Shown: positions 18,019-27,920, counted from the first letter of the stretch. The stretch: DNA of 64,000 nt from Candidatus Kaiserbacteria bacterium (GCA_027451665.1 DAIDIW010000001.1:95359-159358), one strand, 5' to 3'. Notes: generated by a model not told the origin, from the letters alone. A program made the numbers and translations.

Positions 18019-18501
18019 ATGAAGCGTTGGGGCGTCATCTTCATCCTCATCCTCGCCTTCTGCGGCATCGCTGATTCCGCCTATGTGGCGCAGCACGAAG
18101 CGACCCATACGCCTCTCATCTGCAATATCGGGAGCCTGAGCGGCTGCAACGTCGTGGCGCAAAGTCCGTACTCGAAGTTCCTCGGCATACCACTCGCGGA
18201 GTACGGAATCCTCTTCTATGCGATGCTCTTCGTGCTCGCTGCGCTCGAGCTCGTCATCTACGACACGCTCCTGCGCCGCGTCTTGCAGACGTTTGCCGTG
18301 TTCGGCATCGTCGCGTCGCTCTATTTCGTAGGATTACAGATATTCGTCATCGGTGCGCTCTGCGTTTACTGTCTCGGCTCAGCGGTGATAACGCTTCTCA
18401 TCCTCGTGAGCGCGGGCTTCATCGAGCCTTTTCCGAGAAAAGAGCCGCCACAGGTCGAGCCGCCACAGGTACCGCCGCCCTTCGCGATGCCGCCCGCGTA
18501 G
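18019..18501 (+). CDS. Vitamin K epoxide reductase (VKOR) family membrane protein
   Basis: Loop cysteines CNIGSLSGC and active-site CVYC in TM4. It has 4-5 TM helices and a Pro-rich C-tail. Confidence 0.7.
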   Translation: MKRWGVIFILILAFCGIADSAYVAQHEATHTPLICNIGSLSGCNVVAQSPYSKFLGIPLAEYGILFYAMLFVLAALELVIYDTLLRRVLQTFAVFGIVASLYFVGLQIFVIGALCVYCLGSAVITLLILVSAGFIEPFPRKEPPQVEPPQVPPPFAMPPA

Positions 18502-18505
18502 GCTT

Positions 18506-19675
18506 ATGCGAACCGTCTTTCTGTCTCTTCCTCTCGCGCTGCTCGCACTCTTGCCGCTCAGCGCGTCGGCGGCGCCGAACGCGGCGTTCCTTTCTGCTAG
18601 TGAGCTCGTCTCCGCGTCCTCGACGCCAGGTAACGCGTATGCGGCGGGGACGAGCGTCACTGTGACCGCGCCGACCGGCGGCGATCTCTCTATCATCGGA
18701 GGATCCATAACGCTTGCGGCGCCGGTGTCGGGGGACGCGCTTCTTCTCGGCGGATCGATGAGTACGCGGGCGCCGATCTTCGGCGACTTGCGGGCGCTCG
18801 GCGGTTCCGTACATGTGGACGAGGCGGTGGGAGGCGATCTGGTTGCGCTCGGTTTTGCCGTCCATGACTCGACGCCGGCGAAGGGGAGCACCTTCATCGC
18901 CGCAGTCGATGCCTCAGTCACCGGCGGCGCCGAGGGTCCGGTCGTGATCTACGCGAATAGCGTCTCTCTCGCTGGCCATTTCACGGGCGATGTCCATGTG
19001 GTCTCGAGCGGTCCGGTGAAGCTTGCTGCGAATACGACCATCGCCGGCCATTTCACCTATTCGGCGCCCGAGAAGGCGACCATACCCGCCTCGGTAATGG
19101 TCGGCGGCGGCGTTTCCTATACGGACGCTTCCTATTTACCCGCCGGCGGTGCCTCGCGGATGCTTGCCGTCGCTTCGCTCGGGATCTTCCTGCTTGCGCG
19201 CATACTCGGCGCGCTCATCCTCGCAGGGCTTGTCGCGGGCTTGTTCCCGGCACTTTCAGCATCCGTTACCGACCGCGCCGCGCGAGGTTCGGCACGGACG
19301 GTGCTGCTCACGATGTTGCTCGGATTCGCGGCGATCGTCGCGACGCCTATTCTCCTCGCGCTACTTGCGCTCACCTTCGTCGGGCTCGGGATCGCGCTCC
19401 TGCTCTTCATTGGTTACGGTCTCCTGCTCGTGCTCGCGTTTATCTATGCCGGCATCATCCTTGGCGCGCTCCTCGCCCGACGTTTCGAGCGACGAGATCG
19501 TGTCCGCTGGCGCGATGGCGTACTCGGGATGCTCGGCCTCTCGATCATCTTGTTGCTGCCGTATCTTGGGACGCTCGCGCTTTTCCTCCTCATGACGTTC
19601 ACGGCGGGGACGCTTTTGCTGCTCTTCTTCCGGTTCGCATTCCCGCACGATGATGCCGTGTTCGGAGATGCATAA
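18506..19675 (+). CDS. Secreted beta-helix repeat protein with C-terminal multi-TM anchor (bactofilin/DUF4097-like repeats)
   Basis: Signal peptide MRTVFLSLPLALLALLPLSASA. Repeated GGDL/GDL-x-G-G-S-x motifs run across about 200 aa. About 6 TM helices follow in the last 180 aa. Confidence 0.5.
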   Translation: MRTVFLSLPLALLALLPLSASAAPNAAFLSASELVSASSTPGNAYAAGTSVTVTAPTGGDLSIIGGSITLAAPVSGDALLLGGSMSTRAPIFGDLRALGGSVHVDEAVGGDLVALGFAVHDSTPAKGSTFIAAVDASVTGGAEGPVVIYANSVSLAGHFTGDVHVVSSGPVKLAANTTIAGHFTYSAPEKATIPASVMVGGGVSYTDASYLPAGGASRMLAVASLGIFLLARILGALILAGLVAGLFPALSASVTDRAARGSARTVLLTMLLGFAAIVATPILLALLALTFVGLGIALLLFIGYGLLLVLAFIYAGIILGALLARRFERRDRVRWRDGVLGMLGLSIILLLPYLGTLALFLLMTFTAGTLLLLFFRFAFPHDDAVFGDA

Positions 19676-19705
19676 ACGGGGCGTGGTGCGCGGTATACTG
19701 GCCGC

Positions 19706-20179
19706 ATGACCATGCCTTCCCCCGGTGCTCCTGCTCCCGCATTCATCCTTCCTGATCAGGATGGGAAGCCGCATTCGCTATCAGAATATGCGGGGAAATG
19801 GGTACTCCTGTATTTTTATCCGAAGGACGATACGCCGGGTTGCACGATCGAAGCTTGCACGATCCGAGATCAGTTCGAAGGTTTTCAGAATATCGGTGCG
19901 GTCGTGCTTGGTGTCTCGACGGATTCGGTCGTGAGCCACAAGAAGTTCGCAGCAGCGTATGCGCTGCCGTTCACGCTTCTCGCTGACGAACATAAGGAGG
20001 TCGTGGGGAAGTACGGCGTATTTGGGGAGAAGAAGTTCATGGGTAAGACCTACATGGGCACGAATCGCGCTTCATTCCTCATCGCTCCGGATGGCACCAT
20101 CGCAAAAGTGTATCCGAAGGTGAAACCCGAGGCACATGCGGCTGAAGTCATTGCGGATCTGAAGGCGCTCGGCGCATAG
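19706..20179 (+). CDS. bcp: Peroxiredoxin Bcp (PrxQ) type
   Basis: WVLLYFYPKDDTPGCTIEACTIRDQF holds the AhpC/TSA peroxidatic and resolving cysteines in the Bcp arrangement. Confidence 0.85.
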   Translation: MTMPSPGAPAPAFILPDQDGKPHSLSEYAGKWVLLYFYPKDDTPGCTIEACTIRDQFEGFQNIGAVVLGVSTDSVVSHKKFAAAYALPFTLLADEHKEVVGKYGVFGEKKFMGKTYMGTNRASFLIAPDGTIAKVYPKVKPEAHAAEVIADLKALGA

Positions 20180-20248
20180 GGGATTGCCAAGCTGTCTCGA
20201 GAGGTCTACGGTAAAGGCTGTAGAAGATATGTTCTTTGGGGGACGATC

Positions 20249-20584
20249 ATGCATGGAAGCCTGAATCGAAAGCGGGTGAGCAATGGGAACAGACGAACCC
20301 GTCAGCGTGTCGAATCGGGGAAGGATTCAGCGCCTTTCTGGCAGAGGTACGCCGAGTGTCACGAGAAGTATCTGGAGCCGCTCAGCACGAGCGAACGCCG
20401 CCGCTTCCGGCTCGCGCTCGGAGAAGCGGCGCTCGCCTATGCGCGGACGAGGCGGTTGCCGGGAGAGTGTCCATCGGGCGTCCGGAAATGCTTCAGGGAC
20501 CTGCTATCGAGCGCAGCCGAGTCCGAGAGACGCGTCCTCTCGAGCCTGGTCGCGAACGCACACGCCCAGATGGAGTTCCTCTAG
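20249..20584 (+). CDS. Hypothetical protein (111 aa)
   Basis: ORF only, with no recognisable motif. Could be non-coding. Confidence 0.2.
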   Translation: MHGSLNRKRVSNGNRRTRQRVESGKDSAPFWQRYAECHEKYLEPLSTSERRRFRLALGEAALAYARTRRLPGECPSGVRKCFRDLLSSAAESERRVLSSLVANAHAQMEFL

Positions 20585-20624
20585 GTTCTGCGAGCGGTCC
20601 TGGAAACAGGGCCGCTCATTCCGT

Positions 20625-21302
20625 ATGCTAAGGGTCATGGCTGTTTCTCCCACCGCCGCGAGGGCTGCACGCGCCCGGAAGATCGTGCGGTACCTAAAGA
20701 AGGCGTACCCCGTGCCGAAGACAGAGCTGCGCTACGAGACCCCGTTCCAGATGGTTGCAGCCGTCATCCTTTCCGCGCAAGCGACGGACAAGCAGGTGAA
20801 CAGGGTGACAGCCCCTCTTTGGAAGAAATACCGCGCGCCCGAGGATTTCGCCGCAGCGGATCTGAAAGTCTTCACGAAGGAGCTCTCATCGCTTTCGTTC
20901 TTCCGTAATAAGGCGAAGGCTATCCAGGGCGCTGCGAAGATGGTGGTGGCGGAGTATGGCAGCAAGGTCCCGAAGACCGAGGCTGAACTCGTGCGGCTTC
21001 CTGGGGTAGGGTACAAGACCGCGCATGTGATTCTAGGCGAACTCTATGATACCTGGGAGGGTATCCCGACCGATACGCATGTGAAGCGCTTCGCGCGAAA
21101 GTTCGATCTTACGGACCAGACCGATTTGAAGAAGATCTCGAAGGATCTCGAAGCGCTCATTCCGAAGAAAGACTGGAAGTATGTGAATAACGGTCTCGTG
21201 CTGTATGGCCGATACGTTTGTCCTGCGCGTCCGCATGACTGCGCTGCCCATCCGCTCACGAAGCTCTGGCCGCCGGCAGGATCACGTTGGCCGAGAGCCT
21301 GA
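20625..21302 (+). CDS. nth: Endonuclease III-like HhH-GPD DNA glycosylase
   Basis: ETPFQMVAAVILSAQATDKQVN ... LVRLPGVGYKTAHVILG contains the HhH-GPD motif. Only two Cys are present (CPARPHDC) where Nth normally has four Fe-S ligands. Confidence 0.8.
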   Translation: MLRVMAVSPTAARAARARKIVRYLKKAYPVPKTELRYETPFQMVAAVILSAQATDKQVNRVTAPLWKKYRAPEDFAAADLKVFTKELSSLSFFRNKAKAIQGAAKMVVAEYGSKVPKTEAELVRLPGVGYKTAHVILGELYDTWEGIPTDTHVKRFARKFDLTDQTDLKKISKDLEALIPKKDWKYVNNGLVLYGRYVCPARPHDCAAHPLTKLWPPAGSRWPRA

Positions 21303-21447
21303 GACGCTTCCTCTGCGAAGCCCTGCGCGCGACGCATCCCTCTGCGCGAGGACTTTGGTACTCGGCGGGTTCCTTATCCGACCCCTATTCTTTTGCCTGC
21401 GGCTTGCCAGGTGGCGTTCAGGGGTAAACCCGCATACAATTCTCAGT

Positions 21448-22146
21448 ATGCAGACCGTCGCGCAGCGACCTGTAGCCGTATTTGACATCGACGGAACGGT
21501 CTTCCGCTCGTCGCTCCTCATAGAGCTGGTCGAGCGGCTTATCGAACGCAGCGTTTTCCCGAAGGAAGCGCGGGAAGCATACGCGGAAGAGGAGAGGCGT
21601 TGGCTCGACCGGCAGGGCGAGTACGAGGCCTACATCGGCAAGGTCGTGAGCGTCTTCGCCGCGCAGCTCAAAGGAGCGCCGTACGAAGAGGTGGCGAATT
21701 TAGCGGGCGAGGTAATCGAGGAGAAACGCGACCGCGTGTATCGGTACACGCGCGATCGCATCAAGGAGCTGAAACGTCGCAGGTTCTTCATTCTCGGCAT
21801 ATCGCACTCGCCGAAATTCATCGTGGACGGTTTCGGCTACGAGCACGGATTCGACAAAGTCTACGGTACTTTCTACACGAGCGGCCCTACGGGCAATTTT
21901 ACGGGGGAGATCGAAGACCGCGATCTCATCTTCAATAAGGCCGCGATCTTGCAGCGCGCGCTCCGGAAGGAGAACCTCTCGCTCGCAGACTCGGTCGCCG
22001 TGGGAGATACGGAGAGCGATATACCGATGCTCGAGATGGTTACCGCGCCGGTTGCCTTTAATCCGAATCGGAAACTCTATGCGCATGCGAAACGCCGCGG
22101 ATGGGAAATCGTCATCGAGAGAAAGGATGTCATATACGAGCTTTAG
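21448..22146 (+). CDS. HAD-superfamily hydrolase (HAD-IB, phosphoserine phosphatase-like)
   Basis: Motif I VAVFDIDGTVF, motif II ILGISHSP, motif III/IV KAAILQ...VAVGDTESDIPMLE. Confidence 0.7.
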   Translation: MQTVAQRPVAVFDIDGTVFRSSLLIELVERLIERSVFPKEAREAYAEEERRWLDRQGEYEAYIGKVVSVFAAQLKGAPYEEVANLAGEVIEEKRDRVYRYTRDRIKELKRRRFFILGISHSPKFIVDGFGYEHGFDKVYGTFYTSGPTGNFTGEIEDRDLIFNKAAILQRALRKENLSLADSVAVGDTESDIPMLEMVTAPVAFNPNRKLYAHAKRRGWEIVIERKDVIYEL

Positions 22147-22927
22147 GCGGCTCGTCTGGGCGCACTACCGGAAAAGTGGGCGCCATGAGTTGCCGTGGCG
22201 GAAGACGCGCGATCCATACAAGATTCTCGTGAGCGAAATCATGCTGCAACAGACGCAGGTGGACCGGGTGAAGCCGTTCTACGAAGCGTTCCTTTCGCAT
22301 TTCCCGACTGTCCACGCGCTTGCGCACGCGCCGCTTTCGCAGGTGCTTCGGGCCTGGCAAGGGCTCGGCTACAATCGACGCGCGAAATTGCTCCACGCTG
22401 CGGCGAAGGAAATCGCGGCGCGTGGCATGCCGAAAACCGCAGCGGCGCTCCGGCTGCTCCCGGGAGTTGGTCCGTACACCGCGCGCGCGGTGGCGGCATT
22501 CGCATACGACGAAGAAAGCGTGTTCGTCGAGACGAATATCCGCACCGCGGTCACTTACCACTTCTTCCCGCACAAGAAGGCCGTTTCAGATACGGAAATC
22601 GAGAACGTACTTGTTTCGTGCGCGCCGAAAGGACGGGTGCGCGAGTGGAGCTATGCATTCATGGACTACGGCGCCTTTCTGAAGCGTTCAGGCGTGCGGC
22701 TAAACGCGAAGAGCGCTCACTATGTGAAGCAGTCGGTATTTTCGGGCTCGATGCGCGAAGCGCGCGGCGCCATTCTGAAAGAGCTTGCGAAAGAGTCGGC
22801 GACTCGCCCGAGGCTTCTCGGACTACTTGGCGATGATCGTGAGGAACAACTTGCCGCGGCGCTCCTCGCCCTCGTGCGGGAGGGATTCATACGGAAAGGA
22901 CGCGGGCGTTATGCACTCGCGGGCTGA
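22127..22927 (+). CDS. MutY/adenine glycosylase-like HhH-GPD protein lacking the Fe-S loop and NUDIX domain
   Basis: ELPWRKTRDPYKILVSEIMLQQTQVDRVKPFYEAF matches the MutY N-terminus. The LLPGVGPYTARAV hairpin-helix is present. Only one Cys sits in the region where the 4-Cys cluster is expected. Confidence 0.65.
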   Translation: MSYTSFRRLVWAHYRKSGRHELPWRKTRDPYKILVSEIMLQQTQVDRVKPFYEAFLSHFPTVHALAHAPLSQVLRAWQGLGYNRRAKLLHAAAKEIAARGMPKTAAALRLLPGVGPYTARAVAAFAYDEESVFVETNIRTAVTYHFFPHKKAVSDTEIENVLVSCAPKGRVREWSYAFMDYGAFLKRSGVRLNAKSAHYVKQSVFSGSMREARGAILKELAKESATRPRLLGLLGDDREEQLAAALLALVREGFIRKGRGRYALAG

Positions 22928-24081
22928 ACGCCATCCTTGATCCGGAGCGCGAAAGGTATGCCGAGCAGGCATAAGAGGCCGAGCGGGATGAATACCGCTT
23001 GAAGCGTCATGAAGAGCAGGAAGAAACTGCCGAATACGGGGCCGATGAGCATGCCGAGCGGGCGCGTTATTCGGAAGAACGAGACGCTCTCGGCGTCTTG
23101 GCCGCCGACATCGCGGAAGAAGCTCGTCTCAGCGGTGATCTCGATGAGTGCGGCGCCGATGCGTGTGCATATGAGCACCGTCGCAATGACGGCGAGCGAG
23201 GTTGAGGCCGTTATGAAGGCGAATCCGGCGAGCGAGAGGCCGGTCACGGTGAAGCCGGTCGCCATGACGGCGCGCGCGCCTCTGAACTTGTCTTCGAGGA
23301 AGCCCATCGGAAGTTCAATGAGGAGGAAGGGCAGGAGCATAAGCGCGAATATCGGACCGAGTTCGTTCCAGGGAATTCCGAGCTCCGCATGTAGATAAAG
23401 CGGCACGTAGACTGGCGCCCAGATATAAAACGATTGGAGCAAGGTGTTTGCGATGAGTACGGAGCGTATCTCGCGGTTCTGAAGCAGACGACAGCACGTC
23501 TTCCACAGGGAGCCGGGATCAGTGATGGTCTCATCCGCCAGGAATCGTTGGCGTGTCATGAGTATGCCGACGAACGCGATCATCGCGAACGCGGAGGCGA
23601 GAAAGATACGGCCGTACGCATTGGTCGTGCCGAGAATGAACCCGATAAGTACCGGTGACGCGACGAGCGCCACATTGCCGGACGTGAGGAAGAGTCCGCG
23701 CATATGGCCGGTCTGCGCCTCGTCGAGCGTCGCATTCTCGAGGAAGAGATCGAGCGTGTACCAAATCAAAGGCGCGAGCGCCATCTGGATGGTGATGAGC
23801 AGTATTGCTACCGCGGCGGGTTCCTTGAACGACAACGCGACGAGCGTCGCGATGTCGGCTATGGAAAGCAGGACGCTGACCCGGCGCACGGAGAGCCGCT
23901 GAAAGACGAACGGCGCGACGAGGAATCCGGCGATCATAAGGACGGCTGCGGCGCTGAAGACCATGCCGTTCACGGTATTCGGGAGATAAAGCTGGATGAA
24001 TGAGCTCGCGACGTATCCGACGAGATAGTATTGGAGCGCCCCTGCCGCGTTCGCCAACGCTATCCAGATGATTCGTCTCAT
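22909..24081 (-). CDS. MFS transporter
   Basis: About 12 TM helices. The start is set at MRRIIWIALANAAG. The upstream part of the ORF is not hydrophobic. Confidence 0.7.
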   Translation of the reverse strand: MRRIIWIALANAAGALQYYLVGYVASSFIQLYLPNTVNGMVFSAAAVLMIAGFLVAPFVFQRLSVRRVSVLLSIADIATLVALSFKEPAAVAILLITIQMALAPLIWYTLDLFLENATLDEAQTGHMRGLFLTSGNVALVASPVLIGFILGTTNAYGRIFLASAFAMIAFVGILMTRQRFLADETITDPGSLWKTCCRLLQNREIRSVLIANTLLQSFYIWAPVYVPLYLHAELGIPWNELGPIFALMLLPFLLIELPMGFLEDKFRGARAVMATGFTVTGLSLAGFAFITASTSLAVIATVLICTRIGAALIEITAETSFFRDVGGQDAESVSFFRITRPLGMLIGPVFGSFFLLFMTLQAVFIPLGLLCLLGIPFALRIKDGVQPASA

Positions 24082-24223
24082 GCAGAACGTAGCGTAGCAT
24101 GCGTCTGCGGGAGAAAGACGCGGCATATCCACGCGCGTTCCATACATCCGACGCGTCGCACGCGAAACCGCCCGGATACTCGGGCGGTTTCGCGTGCGAA
24201 CGACGAACACGAGCGTCGCAATC

Positions 24224-26098
24224 CTACATGCCGATAAGCACCGGGATAACCATCGGCGCCTTATTGGTGCGCGTGAAGAGGAAGCCGGCCATGACATCGG
24301 TCAGGTTGTTCTTCACGTAATCGAGGTCAACGGGATTCATTCCCCTGGTCGAATCCTCGATCGTTTTCTTTATGAGGAGGCGCGCCTGGTTCAGCATGTC
24401 CTGGTTCTCACGCAGGTATACGAAGCCGCGGCTTATGATATCCGGACTCTTCCGGAGCTTACCGGTCTTGAGGTTCACCGTCGCGATGATGACGAACATG
24501 CCATCCTTGGCGAGCGCCTGGCGATCGCGGATGACGACCTCCTGCATGTCACCGATGTTGAATCCGTCAACCACGAGCGCGGCCGACGGAACCTTCTGCT
24601 TGTGGATGTCGAGCTTACCATCGACGATATCGATCACGAGGCCATTGTCCGGGATGATGATGGTGTCCTTCGGACGTCCGGCCTGCTCGACCGCGCGCGC
24701 GTGGCAGGTGGTCATCGAGCGGTAGCCGTAGTACGGCATGAAATATTTCGCATGGACCATCTGGTTCATCCAGACGAGCTCGCCCGTATTCCCGTGGCCA
24801 GTCGAGTGCACGTCCGATGAGCGGTAGTGGATCAGGGTTACGTTGTGCCGGTAGAGATTGTCCTTCAGTTTCTGAACGTTTATCTCGTTGCCCGGGATGA
24901 CCGAGGAGGAGAGCACGATGGTATCGCGCTCAGAGAGCGTGATGAACTTGTGCTGCCCGGTCGCGATGCGCATGAGCGCGGCGAATTCCTCGCCCTGGGC
25001 ACCGGTCGAGAGGATGACGAGCTTGTCAGGAGGATAATCCTTGATGTCCTGCGACTGGATGATCGTGCCTTTCTGCACCTTGAGGAGGCCGGTCTTCTCG
25101 GCGATCTCGAGGTTGTTCTTTATGGAACGTCCTTCCGTCACGACCTTCTTGCCGAGCTTCTCGGCCGCGTTGATGATCGCGACCATGCGCTCGAACTGCG
25201 ATGCGAAGGTGCCGATGATGAGGCGTCCCGACACCGTCTTTATGATGTCCTCGAGCGTCTGATGGACGCGCTTCTCGGGGATTGAGAAGCCGTCCTTCTC
25301 CGCATTCGTCGAGTCGGCGATGAAGAACAGGTTGTCGTCCTTGCTGAGATCTCCCCACGTCTTCTGCTCGCGCGCTGACGGCGTACCGTCATCGTGATCG
25401 AGCTTTAGGTCGCCAGAGATGACTACCTGGCCTTGCGGCGTCGCAATCGAGCAGCCCATCGAATCGGGGATGGAGTGGGTAACCGGGAAGAACTTCACCT
25501 TCGTGCTGCCGATCGTCACCGAGTCGCCGACTTTCACGGTGCGAATTTCAGGCGCCGGGACGTCTGGGTATTCCTCCTGACGCTTCTTGATCATGACGCC
25601 GGTTAGCTCCTGGGTGTAGATGGGAGGCGTGCCGAAACGGGGAAGGGTAAACGGTATCCCGCCGATGTGGTCGAGATGGCCGTGCGTAATGATGACCGCG
25701 CGTACGCGCTCCCGGTTTTTCTCGAGGTATTTCGTATTTGGCAGGAGATAGTCCACGCCTTGCGAACCGTCTTCCGATACGAACTGGAAACCGGCATCGA
25801 AGACGAGAATATCGCCGTTCGCTTCGACCGCGCACATGTTGCGACCCACCTCCTCGGCGCCGCCGAGCGGAATGATGCGAACGGTGCCCGGAGCCGGAAC
25901 CTCCGGATAGTAGTCGGCCGGCTTCGGGCCTGTGCGCGGCATCGCGGTAGGCCGGCGCAGCATGCGCTGGATGCGGCGGCTCGCGCCGCCCGGACGTCCG
26001 CCGCTGCGGCTGCGCCCGCGTCCTCCGCGGCTGGGCCGTTCGGCGGGATGTCTCTGGTCGCGTGAAGGCGCAGGAGCCGGTGCTGGTGCTTGATTCAT
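24224..26098 (-). CDS. rnj: Ribonuclease J (beta-CASP MBL) with Arg/Gly/Pro-rich N-terminal extension
   Basis: VRIIPLGGAEEVGRNMCAVEANGDILVFDAGFQF, VIITHGHLDHIGGIPF and the C-terminal RNase J domain. The first ~75 aa are RG/P-rich (GGRGRSRSGGRPGG). Confidence 0.85.
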   Translation of the reverse strand: MNQAPAPAPAPSRDQRHPAERPSRGGRGRSRSGGRPGGASRRIQRMLRRPTAMPRTGPKPADYYPEVPAPGTVRIIPLGGAEEVGRNMCAVEANGDILVFDAGFQFVSEDGSQGVDYLLPNTKYLEKNRERVRAVIITHGHLDHIGGIPFTLPRFGTPPIYTQELTGVMIKKRQEEYPDVPAPEIRTVKVGDSVTIGSTKVKFFPVTHSIPDSMGCSIATPQGQVVISGDLKLDHDDGTPSAREQKTWGDLSKDDNLFFIADSTNAEKDGFSIPEKRVHQTLEDIIKTVSGRLIIGTFASQFERMVAIINAAEKLGKKVVTEGRSIKNNLEIAEKTGLLKVQKGTIIQSQDIKDYPPDKLVILSTGAQGEEFAALMRIATGQHKFITLSERDTIVLSSSVIPGNEINVQKLKDNLYRHNVTLIHYRSSDVHSTGHGNTGELVWMNQMVHAKYFMPYYGYRSMTTCHARAVEQAGRPKDTIIIPDNGLVIDIVDGKLDIHKQKVPSAALVVDGFNIGDMQEVVIRDRQALAKDGMFVIIATVNLKTGKLRKSPDIISRGFVYLRENQDMLNQARLLIKKTIEDSTRGMNPVDLDYVKNNLTDVMAGFLFTRTNKAPMVIPVLIGM

Positions 26099-26177
26099 GG
26101 TTGACTCTAATTAACTAGCGGGCTTGCAATCGAGTAATAAATGCACTTGAAACCCGTACGAAAAATAGAATGCTCGC

Positions 26178-27920
26178 TTATCTCGAGGAGGCGAAGAAGG
26201 GCCAGACCGCATCCGTCTTCAGATACCAGTTCGCGACATTCGCGAAGCGATCCGAAGGCGTCGTGATCTGCGGGAGCTCGACGCCGTTCAGATTCGCGGG
26301 GACCGCATAGGTGAAATCGGGAGCATAGATGAATGCGGCGGGATAGTCAGCTGCAATCGCATCCTCGATCTTCTGGAGATCCGCAGTACGCACTGCCGGA
26401 TCAGGATTCCCGCGCGCATCCTCAAGCAGTGCGTCCACGTTCTTATTTGCGTACATGGCGATATTGAGGCCCGGATCGTTACGCTCCTGCGAATCCCAGA
26501 AGGCGTAGAGATCCTGCGTGCGCCCGATCACCATGCCGTAGAGGAGCGCGCCATACTTGCGAGGGCGTATGACATTCTGTGAGAGATCGCCCGGTTCGTA
26601 GAGCTCGATATTCACGGATACGCCGAGCTTCTCCCAGTCAGCTTTCACCGCCGACGCGACGCTCTTCAGTTCCGGGACGTTGCTCGTGCGAATGGTCACG
26701 GAGTCGAGCGTATCGGAACCGTTCTTCCAGACGCGCGCGCTGCCGTCATAGTGCCAGCCGCCGGCTTCGAGCACCTGCGCGGCCGCCGCCGTCGGATTTG
26801 TCGAGCTCGCTACCGGTACCTGCTTCACGGAACCGCCCGGCGGCACGGGCCCCATGATGGCGGTCGCATAGCCGCCGAGGACGTTCTTCACGATGTTTTC
26901 TCGGTCGATCGCAATCGAGAGTGCTTCGCGTACCGGCAGCTGGGCGAATACCTGCGTATCGTTCGGATTGAAGAATATGCCGAAGACTCGCGCGTACGGT
27001 GCGGTGAGCGTGTCGGGTCCGTTCGAGACGCCATAGGCGCTCTCGACGGCGCCGTTAGACAGCGCGGTCGCGACCTGGTCCGTCTGGTCATAGTACTGGA
27101 AGCGAATCCGGTCGAGATACGGGCGGCCGAGCACGTAGTGCGGATTCTCGGAGACGGTCATGCTCGTGATGAGTCCCGATGCATCGCGGGAAACGTTCGT
27201 GACGGTGAAGGGTCCTGCTCCGACGGGATTCGTCTCGAGCGTGCTGAATGGGAACTCCTCATCCGAGATGTTCTGCCAGAGGTGCGCCGGCAAGATCCCG
27301 AGCGTCGTCTCGCCAAGGAACGGCGCGTACGGTTTCGTGAGGGTGAACTTGACCGTCCGGCTGTCGACCGCCTGGACGGAGACGCCCGCCCAGTTCGCAT
27401 ACTCCGGCGATTTGAGGCCCGGATCCTGGGCCTTTTCTACCGTAAAGACGACGTCCTCAGCAGTCACCGGCGCGCCATCGGAGAACTCAGCATTCTTCCT
27501 AATGGTGAACAGGTATGTCTTGCCATCGGGGGAGACGGTATAGCTCTCGGCAAGTACCGGTACGAGCTGTCCTTTCCCGTTTACGCCCATGAGGCCCGCA
27601 TAGGTGAGCTTCGCGAGGTCACGGTCGGCATCGGTAATGGCAAGGAGCGGATTCACGAACCGAGGACTCCCGACTTCGCCCTCGACGAGCGTGCCGCCGT
27701 AGGCAGGCACACGCACGAGAAGCGACTGCTCGAGCGCATAGAGGCCTGCGAGCGAGGTCGCGAGCACGAGCGCCACAAGCACGTAGAAGATGAGCCGGTC
27801 ACCACTCGAAAGCCGACGGACGTGTTCGTCCGTCTTCTCAAGGAGCCGTATGCGCAAGGTACGAGTGAGCCAACCGCCAAGGCGTGCCAGGCGCTCGCGC
27901 CAGACGGGGGAATCGGTCAT
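26178..27920 (-). CDS. ABC transporter substrate-binding protein, family 5 (oligopeptide/nickel type)
   Basis: N-terminal TM anchor, then the SBP_bac_5 pattern LVPVLAESYTVSPDGKTYLFTIRKNAEFSDGAPVTAEDVVFT. 580 aa. Confidence 0.75.
   Translation of the reverse strand: MTDSPVWRERLARLGGWLTRTLRIRLLEKTDEHVRRLSSGDRLIFYVLVALVLATSLAGLYALEQSLLVRVPAYGGTLVEGEVGSPRFVNPLLAITDADRDLAKLTYAGLMGVNGKGQLVPVLAESYTVSPDGKTYLFTIRKNAEFSDGAPVTAEDVVFTVEKAQDPGLKSPEYANWAGVSVQAVDSRTVKFTLTKPYAPFLGETTLGILPAHLWQNISDEEFPFSTLETNPVGAGPFTVTNVSRDASGLITSMTVSENPHYVLGRPYLDRIRFQYYDQTDQVATALSNGAVESAYGVSNGPDTLTAPYARVFGIFFNPNDTQVFAQLPVREALSIAIDRENIVKNVLGGYATAIMGPVPPGGSVKQVPVASSTNPTAAAAQVLEAGGWHYDGSARVWKNGSDTLDSVTIRTSNVPELKSVASAVKADWEKLGVSVNIELYEPGDLSQNVIRPRKYGALLYGMVIGRTQDLYAFWDSQERNDPGLNIAMYANKNVDALLEDARGNPDPAVRTADLQKIEDAIAADYPAAFIYAPDFTYAVPANLNGVELPQITTPSDRFANVANWYLKTDAVWPFFASSR

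Noticed and set aside
20283-20624. Long N-terminal extension of the nth ORF (339-aa ORF starting at 20283)
   Set aside because: The extension is Arg/Ser-rich and overlaps another ORF. Conserved Nth sequence begins near 20625-20640.
22909-24297. Upstream 70-aa extension of the MFS ORF
   Set aside because: It is non-hydrophobic and Arg-rich, and it overlaps the rnj 3' end. The start was placed at MRRIIWIALANA (24081).
24194-25285. Two plus-strand ORFs (208 and 152 aa)
   Set aside because: They lie antisense within rnj. The Asp/Arg/His-rich translations have no motif.
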